Shown here: positions 1-8,842 of the stretch, piece by piece
Position numbering within the stretch: position 1 is the stretch's first letter
How the letters are laid out: every line of letters starts with the position of its first letter
Origin: Hyphomicrobiales bacterium
Lineage (GTDB): Bacteria; Pseudomonadota; Alphaproteobacteria; Rhizobiales; MH13
Assembly: GCA_965601715.1 (NCBI GenBank)
Contig: OZ271835.1
Location: forward strand, 2,777,303 to 2,841,302
DNA length: 64,000 nt
Direction of reading: 5' to 3'
Made by a program: the position numbers and the translations under genes
The notes under the pieces: generated by a model
Databases searched by the model: none
What the model saw: only the letters and a program-made list of their open reading frames with translations
Told to the model about the DNA's origin: nothing

Positions 1-1
1 G

Positions 2-406
2 GACGGTAATGGAGCCCATTCCGGGCAACGCCGCGATCAACCCGCCGACCACGCGGCGCAGTGATGGCACCATGGAAACAAGGCGTAGCACGCGCAGGAT
101 GCGCAGGGCGCGGAGAACGGACAGGGCACCAGTGGTCGGCATCAACGCAATGCCGACAATCACAAAATCAAAAATGCGCCACGGGTCGTGGAAGAAGCGC
201 GTGCGATAGACGTAAAAACGCAGCAGCAACTCGGCAACGAAAACCCATAGCACAGCGCGGTCGATGAAAAGGAGGATGCCTCCAACACGCTCCATGACGG
301 CGTCGGAGGTTTCCAGACCTAGCGTGATCGCGTTTGCGACGATCAGCAAGGTGATCGCAAGTTCAAAGCGGCGGCTGGTGATGAGGGCTTCGACGCGTTC
401 GCGCAT
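2..406 (-). CDS. Bacterial voltage-gated Na+ channel / ion transporter (BacNav/NaChBac-like), 5' part; runs off the window edge
   Basis: Manual translation from ATG at 406: MRERVEALITSRRFELAITLLIVANAITLGLET...WRIFDFVIV...LSVLRALRILRVLRLVSMVPSLRRVV. S4 RxxRxxRxxR voltage sensor. Not in the ORF track because it is truncated. Confidence 0.88.
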   Translation of the reverse strand, partial: MRERVEALITSRRFELAITLLIVANAITLGLETSDAVMERVGGILLFIDRAVLWVFVAELLLRFYVYRTRFFHDPWRIFDFVIVGIALMPTTGALSVLRALRILRVLRLVSMVPSLRRVVGGLIAALPGMGSITV

Positions 407-481
407 GGTCGGTCCTGAAGGCTGTTTGGGGGGTGCCTAGCTAGGCTTATGGTTAAGCAAGCCGCTGGCTTCAAGGGCTGC

Positions 482-505
482 GGTCACCCAATCGTGACCA
501 GGCGT
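482..505 (+). promoter_or_regulatory. GGTCAC-N6-GTGACC palindrome overlapping a GTCAC-N15-CGT ECF-like promoter upstream of ccdA
   Basis: Sequence ggtcacccaatcgtgaccaggcgt, about 40 nt before the ATG at 544. Function inferred. Confidence 0.35.
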
Positions 506-543
506 TGGTTGATCCCACGGCATCACCCCGGCATGGAGGCATC

Positions 544-1257
544 ATGGAGCTCGTCTTTGCCTACACCGCCGGGTTGCTAACGCTCATCAACCCTTGCGTT
601 TTGCCGGTGTTGCCCATCGTGCTGGTGGGTGCGCTCAACGCCAGCCGCCTTGGCCCCTTGGCCCTGGCCGCGGGGATGAGCCTGTCGTTTGTCGTCTTTG
701 GTGTCACGGTCACCGCCTTTGGCGGTGCTGTGGGCTTAACCCAAGAAACCTTGGCACAGATTGGCGCCGTCCTGATGATGATCTTCGGGGTGATTTTGGT
801 CGTTCCCGCCTTCTCGCGCCGCTTTGAACTTGCAACAGCCGGTGCGACGTCTGGCGCTGGTGGTCATCTGGCTGACATGGACACGTCTGGCGTGCGCGGT
901 CAGTTTCTTGGCGGCGCGCTGCTCGGCATGGTTTGGTCACCGTGCATTGGCCCGACGCTCGGCGGTGCCATCGCTTTGGCTTCCCAAGGTCAGAACCTTG
1001 GCTGGGTCACGCTGATCATGATTGCCTTTGCGCTCGGCGTGTCCACGCTGATTTTGGCGATTGGCTACGGCGCCCGCGAGACCATCCGCGCCCGCTCAGA
1101 AAGCCTGCGCGCGCTTGCCGAACGCTCCAAATCCATCATCGGCATCACGTTCCTTCTGGTCGGCCTGATGCTTTTCCTTGGTGTTCACCACATCATTGAG
1201 GGCCTTGCCCTGCAAATCATGCCGATCTGGCTTCAAGACCTATCCGTCGCGCTCTAA
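544..1257 (+). CDS. ccdA: Cytochrome c biogenesis CcdA/DsbD transmembrane-domain protein
   Basis: PCVLP and WSPCIGP motifs, about 6 TM helices; GGAGG RBS before the ATG at 544. Confidence 0.88.
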   Translation: MELVFAYTAGLLTLINPCVLPVLPIVLVGALNASRLGPLALAAGMSLSFVVFGVTVTAFGGAVGLTQETLAQIGAVLMMIFGVILVVPAFSRRFELATAGATSGAGGHLADMDTSGVRGQFLGGALLGMVWSPCIGPTLGGAIALASQGQNLGWVTLIMIAFALGVSTLILAIGYGARETIRARSESLRALAERSKSIIGITFLLVGLMLFLGVHHIIEGLALQIMPIWLQDLSVAL

Positions 1258-1270
1258 AAGGAGACTTCGC

Positions 1271-1672
1271 ATGAACCGTCGTCATTTTCTCACAGCATCC
1301 ATAGCCTTGCTGGCATCGCCACTGATCGTCCGGCAGGCCGCGGCAGCCACCGACTATACGCCTGGCGCGATCGCCAACGCTTTGGCGCGTGGCGAGACCG
1401 TATTTGTCGATTATGCCGCGCGCTGGTGCAGCACCTGCGCCCGTCAAGCTCGCGTCGTGAGCGCTTTGCGCCAAGCCAACCCGGCCTATAACCAAGCCAT
1501 TACATTTATTCGCGTCGACTGGGACACGTATCGCACCCACGAGGTGACCACGAGCCGCAACATTCCGCGCCGCTCGACTCTTCTCTTGCTCCGAGGCGAC
1601 CAAGAGCTCGGCCGCATCGTTGCCGGTACCTCGCATGCGCAGATCCAAGGTCTGCTTGATTTGGCCTTGTAA
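1271..1672 (+). CDS. Thioredoxin-family protein with Tat signal peptide
   Basis: MNRRHFL twin-arginine signal, WCSTC CxxC motif, IPRRSTL cis-Pro loop; AAGGAG RBS. Confidence 0.85.
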   Translation: MNRRHFLTASIALLASPLIVRQAAAATDYTPGAIANALARGETVFVDYAARWCSTCARQARVVSALRQANPAYNQAITFIRVDWDTYRTHEVTTSRNIPRRSTLLLLRGDQELGRIVAGTSHAQIQGLLDLAL

Positions 1673-1732
1673 ACGGTTCGCTCACCCGCCTTTGCTAAGG
1701 CGCTCAACTGTGCCCACAGAGGCGGGTGCGAT

Positions 1733-1806
1733 GCGGGTGTAGCTCAATGGTAGAGCAGGAGCTTCCCAAGCTTAAGACGAGGGTTCGATTCCCTTCACCC
1801 GCTCCA
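1733..1806 (+). tRNA. tRNA-Gly (anticodon CCC)
   Basis: GCGGGTG/CACCCGC acceptor stem, GCTC/GAGC D-stem, TTCCCAA anticodon loop, GGTTCGATTCC T-arm, encoded CCA; 74 nt. Confidence 0.96.
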
Positions 1807-1996
1807 TATACAATAGCTAAGTTGCGGATTTTATTCGATAATTTTTGATGATATTCCCCTTGGTCCACCTGGGGCGTGCTTTTAGAGTGCCGACCGCTTG
1901 GTTGAAGCGCGGTTTGCTACCGGCCCAGAGCCGACCTTCAGGTATGCTCAGATGCGCGCGCGACGACCTGTGCCCTGGCTTCAAACACGCTATGGA

Positions 1997-2731
1997 TCAC
2001 GGAAAGGTAATGCTACCGCCGCTCGACGAGTTGATATCTCGGACCTTCTGATCGCCAAAGACCTGTATCAAGGCTCCGCTCGACGCGTTGGCTTCGACCA
2101 TCTGTTCGGCGAATACAAGAGTATCGGATCCGCTCGAAGCGGAGACCCCCACGTTGGAGCATCGTAGTCCGTGCGCACTGATCGAAGACCCATTGGAGGC
2201 TTGAACTTCTAACGCCTCGCAGGACCCGCCCTCAACACTTATCCGACTTCCGCTTGCGGCCGTGAGGGAAACTTCCTCGCTATCAACCAAATCCAACCGG
2301 ATCTGTGCGCCGCCGGAAACGGACAGCTGTTTCTCGTCGCCTGTCGCTCTATCGGCTGAAATGCTGGCTCCCGAGGATGCGGTGGCCTCAGTCAGCTCTG
2401 GCATCGATACTCGAACAGTGACCCTCCAGCTTTCGGCGCGAAAAGACGAGAATAGGTTTCGATCCATTTCCGCACCCAGAACGCCGCGATGCACATTCAG
2501 TTCGAGTAGTTCAAGCTGCCTAGGTTCGTCGCTTTCCGCGGTTACGGAATACGCGCTACCGATCGTCAATACCATCTGGATGCCATGAGAGGCAGCGACG
2601 CCGTCAAATCCCGAAAGCTCATGTGTGACGGTTTGTTGGGCAACCGCAACCGAAACGGGCGTGAGCAAACACAAGATGACCGCGATCAGGCACCTACCTT
2701 GCGAGTAACCACGAGAGATCAATCGGCGCAT
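1997..2731 (-). CDS. Secreted GIN-domain (DUF2807, adhesin-head-like) protein
   Basis: Signal peptide followed by repeated xASSGxxI beta-helix repeats; GGAG RBS before the ATG at 2731 (ORF track starts at 2797). Confidence 0.8.
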   Translation of the reverse strand: MRRLISRGYSQGRCLIAVILCLLTPVSVAVAQQTVTHELSGFDGVAASHGIQMVLTIGSAYSVTAESDEPRQLELLELNVHRGVLGAEMDRNLFSSFRAESWRVTVRVSMPELTEATASSGASISADRATGDEKQLSVSGGAQIRLDLVDSEEVSLTAASGSRISVEGGSCEALEVQASNGSSISAHGLRCSNVGVSASSGSDTLVFAEQMVEANASSGALIQVFGDQKVRDINSSSGGSITFP

Positions 2732-3154
2732 CTTAGGTCTCCGTTGTAGCTTGCCAGAATGCTGGCGAGTGTTGTGCAACATGTCAGGGCGCTCCACCGG
2801 CTCTATGGGTGCCCGGAAGGCAATACCAAGCTGCTGATCGTGTCATCGAACTAGATCAAGGTTTGCTGCGCGCCCGCTGACAATAGCGCGAGAGCTTTGC
2901 GTTAGCTGATGAAGCCCAAGACCTGCTTCAATGATACTGAGCCTAGAAAAACGCAGCGCGCATCTGTCCATGCCCTTCTCGAAACGGACGATAGACGTCT
3001 GGGTTTGAAGTGCTGACTTCAATCGGGCGATATCAAGCCCATCCATGCACCAGCAGTTGACCTCGAGACAAAGACAATCGATGCGCCTCACCGAGGGGCA
3101 TCCAACGTGCTTCCAAGAACAGGGCGGCACCGACGACGCGCATGATGGAAGTTT

Positions 3155-4810
3155 TTGCGCATGCTCAAATCAGCGGTAAAGAGCAGCATGAACAAAGACC
3201 AAGAGCAGGCCTTTTCCGAAGACGGGTATTTGGCCCCAGTCCCACTCCTGACTGCTGCACAGTGCCAACTGGTCGCCAATTCCTTTCGGAGTGGTTCACT
3301 GGTGGAGCCTGCCGTATGGGAAAAGGGATTGGCGGTCCATGATCGGCTGATTTTTGATATCGCAACCCGACCGGCAATCATCGGCGTCCTCCGCAAACTG
3401 ATGGGAAATGATGTTAACTTGTGGGGTGCCAGCATTCAGCATCGACAGCCGCACGCGGTTCATCCATGGCACAGCGATATCGAGAGCCTCGGCGCGTCAG
3501 GTAAGTTTGTGAGTCTGTGGATTGGAATTGAAAACACATCCCGCGCATCTTCGCTGAAGCTGGTTCGCCGTTCGCATCGGTTTGGCAAGTCCGTCCAGGA
3601 GGTTCAAATCGGAAATGGGTTCAAGCGTGGTGAGGCCAAAGACACCGATATCCTAAACTGGGCGCAAGAACTCGATCCAAAGGCAGACTTGCGACAACCG
3701 GACGTATCAGATGGGGAGGCCATCGTTTTCGACGGTCGACTCTGGCACGGCTCCGAAAATGAACTTGCCGATCGTACACGCCTTGCATTGCTGCTTCAGT
3801 ACGCTTGTGGGGACGCGACCGTTCGCATGCCCGATCCGAAACATTGGGAGGCAGGGCCCGTCAGACATATCGAGAAGGAACGCCCGCCAGTTGTCGTGGT
3901 ATCGGGACAGGCAGATGTCGTTGCGAACAACGTTGAGCGGTTGCCTGAGCGCTTCAAGGAACGCGCGCCCATAGAGACCTTTGCGAAGGCGCTCCCTATG
4001 CCTTTGGAACGGGATTTGGCTGGAGGTTGGAAGCCGCATTTCCTGCTGGACGGCCACACGAGCGGCCTTCAACATCTTACCTGTCACGTGTCCGTATTGG
4101 AGGCTGGCTTTTGTCCTCATCCGCCGCACAGTCACGTCGAGGAGGAGTTGCTCATTGTCCTTGACGGCCAAGCAGACATACTCATCGCAGAATCTCCAGA
4201 GGATCCATCGCCCCGCACCGTTCACTTCTCTGCAGGCGACATGGTTTACCACCCCGCCTATCAACACCACACGCTACGGAACACGAGTGACTGCCCCGTC
4301 ACCTACCTAATGTTCAAGTGGGCGTCCGTGCCTTTGGAAGCACTAGACCCGCTTGGCTCTACAGTCGTTCATCTCAGCGACTATCCGTCTGGGAATGCCC
4401 AAGACAGTCCATTTCATGCTCGGGTCATGTTCGATCAGCCAACGGTTTTTCTGTCCAAGCTCCATGCGCATATCACCGACCTGCAGCCAGATGCTGGCTA
4501 TGCACCGCATGTCGACGACTATGATGTAGCGATAGTTTTGTTGAGCGGGACGATCGCCACAGCTGATCAAACGCTCAGTGCTCCAGCAGTTGTTTTTTTT
4601 GCAGAGAACGAATTGCACGGCATGCACAATCCAGGCGCCGAGGCCGCCCGCTATATCGTTTTCGAGTTTCATGGCGAACACCAGGCGGCCAGGGACATCG
4701 TAGCAAAAACCACCACCCAGCCTGAGCGAAAGACGCGTCCTATTGTCTCGAGATTTTGGTCATCATTGGGGGTGAAGGGTATCTTGAAACCATTCCGGAG
4801 GCGTCGCTAG
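3155..4810 (+). CDS. PhyH-family Fe(II)/2OG dioxygenase fused to two cupin domains
   Basis: WHSD...WHGS facial triad; PHPPHSHVEEELLIVLDG...HHTLRN cupin; second cupin PHVD...HGMHN. Start may be at 3188 (MNKDQEQ). Confidence 0.78.
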   Translation: MRMLKSAVKSSMNKDQEQAFSEDGYLAPVPLLTAAQCQLVANSFRSGSLVEPAVWEKGLAVHDRLIFDIATRPAIIGVLRKLMGNDVNLWGASIQHRQPHAVHPWHSDIESLGASGKFVSLWIGIENTSRASSLKLVRRSHRFGKSVQEVQIGNGFKRGEAKDTDILNWAQELDPKADLRQPDVSDGEAIVFDGRLWHGSENELADRTRLALLLQYACGDATVRMPDPKHWEAGPVRHIEKERPPVVVVSGQADVVANNVERLPERFKERAPIETFAKALPMPLERDLAGGWKPHFLLDGHTSGLQHLTCHVSVLEAGFCPHPPHSHVEEELLIVLDGQADILIAESPEDPSPRTVHFSAGDMVYHPAYQHHTLRNTSDCPVTYLMFKWASVPLEALDPLGSTVVHLSDYPSGNAQDSPFHARVMFDQPTVFLSKLHAHITDLQPDAGYAPHVDDYDVAIVLLSGTIATADQTLSAPAVVFFAENELHGMHNPGAEAARYIVFEFHGEHQAARDIVAKTTTQPERKTRPIVSRFWSSLGVKGILKPFRRRR

Positions 4811-5919
4811 GAGGCGTTAGACGCGCTCCTACGCGTTCTGCGAAGATGCGCGAATCCTGGCCCCTGAAGGCCGCGCAGTGCGACGTGAAGCCGATGACGG
4901 AAAATCTCTTTTTGGTGTTCAGCTTTCGAATGCCAGTCGATCGGTGCGATCAGCCCCGTTTCTATGAGAGAGGATGCACCCCTGAAGTGCCGGCTGCCGT
5001 CATGGTAAAGGTTCCAATCCGGATCCTGGCGCAGTGCTTCCTGATAAATGCGATACTCCATTGCATCTTGCAGATATTGCTTCTCCATAACTGCCCGATC
5101 CACAAGCGAAACAAAATCTGATGTGAATTTGAGATGCGCCATCGCAGCCTGGTTCGAAACCGCATTCAGATGGTAAGGATAGGCTTCGTGAATATGGATA
5201 AGACCGCTTGCAGTATCGAAGCGGCCAAACGGGAATTTGCCGAGCCAGTTGTTGAATGGTTCAGTCTTGGTTGAGAGCATCCGTGATCGCGGGCCGCCCG
5301 ACACCTCGTTATTCTTGACGGTGTAGCTATCGGAATCAAAGAACCACTCAGCGTCTAGAGGTTCACCCGATGGCCAAGCCGTGCTCCTAACGGGGCCCTT
5401 CCCGTATAGATCGACCATGAACGCGCGCAGCCGTTTTTGAGATCTCCTGTCGAGCAGATCGCCAAGATCATGAAGGTCGTGCGATTCCATGCCATCGTAG
5501 ACAAGAAACTCATCAGCGTCCGCGACAACGACCCAGTTCTCGTAGGCATGTGTGAGCGAACGGATCAACGCGGTCAGCAAGAGATTTTTCTTCTTGAAGT
5601 CGCGCGCTCGCCATATTTCTACATCCGCTGCTTCTGAAAGAATTTTGCGTGTCTCGTCGGTGCTATCATTGTCGATAAAAACGAAGCTATCGACGCCCAG
5701 GTCTCGGTAGTGGTTTAGGAACGCCGGAAGGCGTATCGCCTCGTTGCGGACCATCGTAACGAGTGCGATATCGTCACGCCGAAGAGGCGGCCGCCCTTTT
5801 ATTAACTCCAATTCGCGGCTCGCCTTCTCCGATTTACGAAGAAACTCGTCGATCGTAGTGCAACCCGATAGATACCGATTTTTGCTACGCCAGGCTCGCG
5901 GTGTAAGGGCTTTGATCAC
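4807..5919 (-). CDS. Glycosyltransferase family 2 protein (Glyco_tranf_2_4-like)
   Basis: MVRNEAIRLPAFLNHYRDLGVDSFVFIDNDSTD and WVVVADADEFL (DxD) motifs. Confidence 0.85.
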   Translation of the reverse strand: MIKALTPRAWRSKNRYLSGCTTIDEFLRKSEKASRELELIKGRPPLRRDDIALVTMVRNEAIRLPAFLNHYRDLGVDSFVFIDNDSTDETRKILSEAADVEIWRARDFKKKNLLLTALIRSLTHAYENWVVVADADEFLVYDGMESHDLHDLGDLLDRRSQKRLRAFMVDLYGKGPVRSTAWPSGEPLDAEWFFDSDSYTVKNNEVSGGPRSRMLSTKTEPFNNWLGKFPFGRFDTASGLIHIHEAYPYHLNAVSNQAAMAHLKFTSDFVSLVDRAVMEKQYLQDAMEYRIYQEALRQDPDWNLYHDGSRHFRGASSLIETGLIAPIDWHSKAEHQKEIFRHRLHVALRGLQGPGFAHLRRTRRSASNAS

Positions 5920-6050
5920 GATAGAGGACCGCTACAGATTGGCAGAAGCACTCTGCGAGGAAGCACAACGTGCTGGGCGTTCTTGGAAATCGTAAACCGG
6001 ACGCCATTGCAAGGCCAAGAGCCCAGTTCCGTCGCCTGCTCTTCTTGTTC

Positions 6051-7805
6051 TCAGCCAACCCCCGGTTGCCCATGTGGTGTCTTGTGCCAATGGTGTGGGC
6101 GGCGCACGAGGTCCCATAGCGCCAAAACACCCGCCGCCGACAAACACATCCAGAACCACGGGATAGTTACGATAACCGGCGCAGTGCCCTTAACGCCGCG
6201 GCGCTCAGCCCCTGCACCACTGAGAGCAGCGGCCGCCAAATAGCCCATGACAAAGTTGGCGATGTTCAATGTCATGAGGGCATCGCTCAGTCCGTTTGCG
6301 CCAGTGAAAAGGGGGCCGCTGAACCCGCTGAACGCCCAAAGGGTGACAATCAGGAAAATGGGGTGGATCAAGACAGAGATTAGCATGCCCAGGACGAGTA
6401 TCTGGAAGACCAGGAAACCTGTCGGTCCAAGTTCGCGCAGCAGTCGAACAGGCTGGCGCATATGTACCAGCCAGGTCTGCCACCAGCCCTTAAACCAGCG
6501 TGAGCGTTGGCGGATCCAGGGTCCAAAGCGAGTTGGGGCCTCTTCATAGGTCGTTGAGGCAATCATCTGTGTTCCATAGCCAAGTCGCGCCAGTCGGATT
6601 CCAAGGTCAGCATCTTCTGTCACATTGAACGGATCCCATCCGCCAACCTCAACCAGGACATCGCGACGGAAATGATTGGACGTACCGCCAAGTGGAATGG
6701 GCAGATTGAAGCGCGACAAAGCGGGCAGGAACACATCGAAGAGCGCCAGATAGTCGAGCGCGAAATGACGTGTCAAAAGGCTTGCATTGGCGTTGGTGAT
6801 GTTGAGTGACGCCTGGACGCACGCCAAACGTTTGGGTGGTTTGGCCTTTTGGCCCTCGAACGCTTCCACGGCCAGACGCAGCTGATTGATTTCAGGGCGG
6901 TCCTCCGCATCATAGATTGTAACATAACGCCCTCGCGCCAAAGCCAAGCCAATGTTGAGAGCCTTAGGTTTGGTCCGTGGCTGGCTGGGCGGAACGCGCA
7001 CAACGCATATAAACGTCGGCAAATGGGCTGCCGATAGCGCCTGCAAGGTTTGCACATCATCCTCCTCGGCAAGGATAATGACTTCCAACTTGTCACGGGG
7101 GTAGTCCAGTTCGGCAAGGGACTGGACAAGCTGAGGCACAATGGCCGCTTCATCATAGATGGGAACGAGAACCGAATAGCGCGGAAGGTCCGCGTCAGGT
7201 GTGCGTCGCATCGCGGTTCGGTCATGGATAAAGGTTGACGGCGCCGCCAGAACCGCAATCGCCCGCCCCATGCCGAGCGATAGATAGAAGAATGCAAACA
7301 CTGCGTTGAACAGCACGAAAAGACTCACAGGGTGCGCCAGACCCCACAGCACGGCACTCAGCCCGCCGACCGCGAGCCCGGCCTTCTGCCAACCCCAAAG
7401 CGTCTCACGCGCGCTCATCTCAGGTTGCGCATGGACCAACGATGATTGGGCGAGCTTTGTAAGCGGTGTCGCCAACGCTCGACACGAAAGCGCGGTCATG
7501 TGGGCCGGTGATACCAAGTGGAGTCTGTCAGCGGACTGAGGATGGTCCTTTCGCCAGCGTGCGACAAAGGCGCGGCCCTGAGGCGTGTCTTCGCACAAGG
7601 CGTCGGCGACCCCCGCCCGGTCCCGCACAAGCAACCGCCGCACTGGAGCGCGCAGAACACGCAAGGCATCGGCGGGACGTTGCGGTGTGATGTTTGACCG
7701 CTGAGGACCATAAGGGCTGGCGGCGGTCCGCATGGTACCGAGGCAACCTGGTTGTGGATCCGATCGGTCTACCTTCAGGGCGGAAACTGTCGCCGGGCCA
7801 GCCAT
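6051..7805 (-). CDS. Membrane-embedded processive GT2 glycosyltransferase (cellulose-synthase-like)
   Basis: YSVLVPIYDE, KPKALN, YDAED, TEDAD and QRSRW (QxxRW) motifs; N- and C-terminal TM helices; start uncertain. Confidence 0.85.
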   Translation of the reverse strand: MAGPATVSALKVDRSDPQPGCLGTMRTAASPYGPQRSNITPQRPADALRVLRAPVRRLLVRDRAGVADALCEDTPQGRAFVARWRKDHPQSADRLHLVSPAHMTALSCRALATPLTKLAQSSLVHAQPEMSARETLWGWQKAGLAVGGLSAVLWGLAHPVSLFVLFNAVFAFFYLSLGMGRAIAVLAAPSTFIHDRTAMRRTPDADLPRYSVLVPIYDEAAIVPQLVQSLAELDYPRDKLEVIILAEEDDVQTLQALSAAHLPTFICVVRVPPSQPRTKPKALNIGLALARGRYVTIYDAEDRPEINQLRLAVEAFEGQKAKPPKRLACVQASLNITNANASLLTRHFALDYLALFDVFLPALSRFNLPIPLGGTSNHFRRDVLVEVGGWDPFNVTEDADLGIRLARLGYGTQMIASTTYEEAPTRFGPWIRQRSRWFKGWWQTWLVHMRQPVRLLRELGPTGFLVFQILVLGMLISVLIHPIFLIVTLWAFSGFSGPLFTGANGLSDALMTLNIANFVMGYLAAAALSGAGAERRGVKGTAPVIVTIPWFWMCLSAAGVLALWDLVRRPHHWHKTPHGQPGVG

Positions 7806-7927
7806 CGCGCACTCTATATAAATTACGTAACGGAAAGTGGATTTTGACGACTCAATCCCAACACCGCCATTGGGGAGGACCCCATTGGGGTATCGCCGCG
7901 CGCAATCGGCGGCTATAGCAGCAAACC

Positions 7928-8842
7928 ATGCGGCAGATTCTTATACTTGGCTTCAGCTTGATGATGGCACTCGGCGTGTCGGCTGTGCCAGGCCACGCGC
8001 AAGAGGAAGAGGCTCCTACGACGGCCGTCGAGCCTGAATTGGCGGACGAACTGGCGAGCGAAGAGCCTATGAACGAGGGCCTGGCGACGCTGCGTTTCAT
8101 CAATCCGCGCGCGCGCATAGCGTTACCGGAACCGATGCCAGGCCCGGTTATCCGCTTCGTGGTCGCCGACGATTTCCCACCCTTCGCGTTTATCGACGGG
8201 AGCGGGCGACTATCGGGCATCCATATTGATCTGATCCGCGGTATGTGCTCGGAGCTTGCGCTTCCGTGCACCATCCAAGCACGGCGTTTCGATCGGGTGC
8301 TCGACGCTGTTGAGGAAGATCCAGACAATCTGGTGATCGCCGCCGGTTTGGCCATCAATCGTGAAACGGCCGACCAGTTCTCCTTTTCCTTGCCATATTA
8401 CCGATTTGCTGCACGCTTTGTTGCGCTGGCTGGCCAAGAAGACGGTGACGACTGGCTCGACGATGCCTCGTTTGGTGCGATCGAAAACACAGCTCATGCA
8501 GCCTTTTTGCGAGACGCCTTCGCCGACTGGCCCCTGACCACTTACGCCAATCAGGACGCCCTCATTGCCGGGCTGCAAGTTGGTGAAATCAGCCACGCCT
8601 TCGCTGATGGACTGAACATGGCCTTTTGGCTCGCCAGCCCTGCCGCCGATGGGTGCTGCCTGTTTGTCGGCCAACCGATCTTTTCGGTTCGCTATTTTGG
8701 CGAGGGCTTGGCGTTCGCCGTACCCAACGGCCAACTTCAGGTGGTACAAGCTCTGAACGCCGCGTTGATTCGCTTAGAAGGATCCGGCGAGCTAGAAGCA
8801 ATTATGCTGACGTCGTTTCCGTTGGACCCTTTGGGGCTTTAA
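7928..8842 (+). CDS. Amino-acid ABC transporter substrate-binding protein (SBP family 3)
   Basis: Signal peptide, DFPPFAF, FSLPYYRF and GEGLAFAV motifs. Confidence 0.85.
   Translation: MRQILILGFSLMMALGVSAVPGHAQEEEAPTTAVEPELADELASEEPMNEGLATLRFINPRARIALPEPMPGPVIRFVVADDFPPFAFIDGSGRLSGIHIDLIRGMCSELALPCTIQARRFDRVLDAVEEDPDNLVIAAGLAINRETADQFSFSLPYYRFAARFVALAGQEDGDDWLDDASFGAIENTAHAAFLRDAFADWPLTTYANQDALIAGLQVGEISHAFADGLNMAFWLASPAADGCCLFVGQPIFSVRYFGEGLAFAVPNGQLQVVQALNAALIRLEGSGELEAIMLTSFPLDPLGL

Noticed and set aside
2843-3130. 95-aa minus-strand ORF in the islet
   Set aside because: No recognisable motif, RBS or signal; may be a remnant or spurious.
4593-4600. T8 tract in the PhyH-cupin gene as a phase-variation site
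   Set aside because: Short, encodes Val-Phe-Phe in frame, and is unremarkable in a lower-GC gene.
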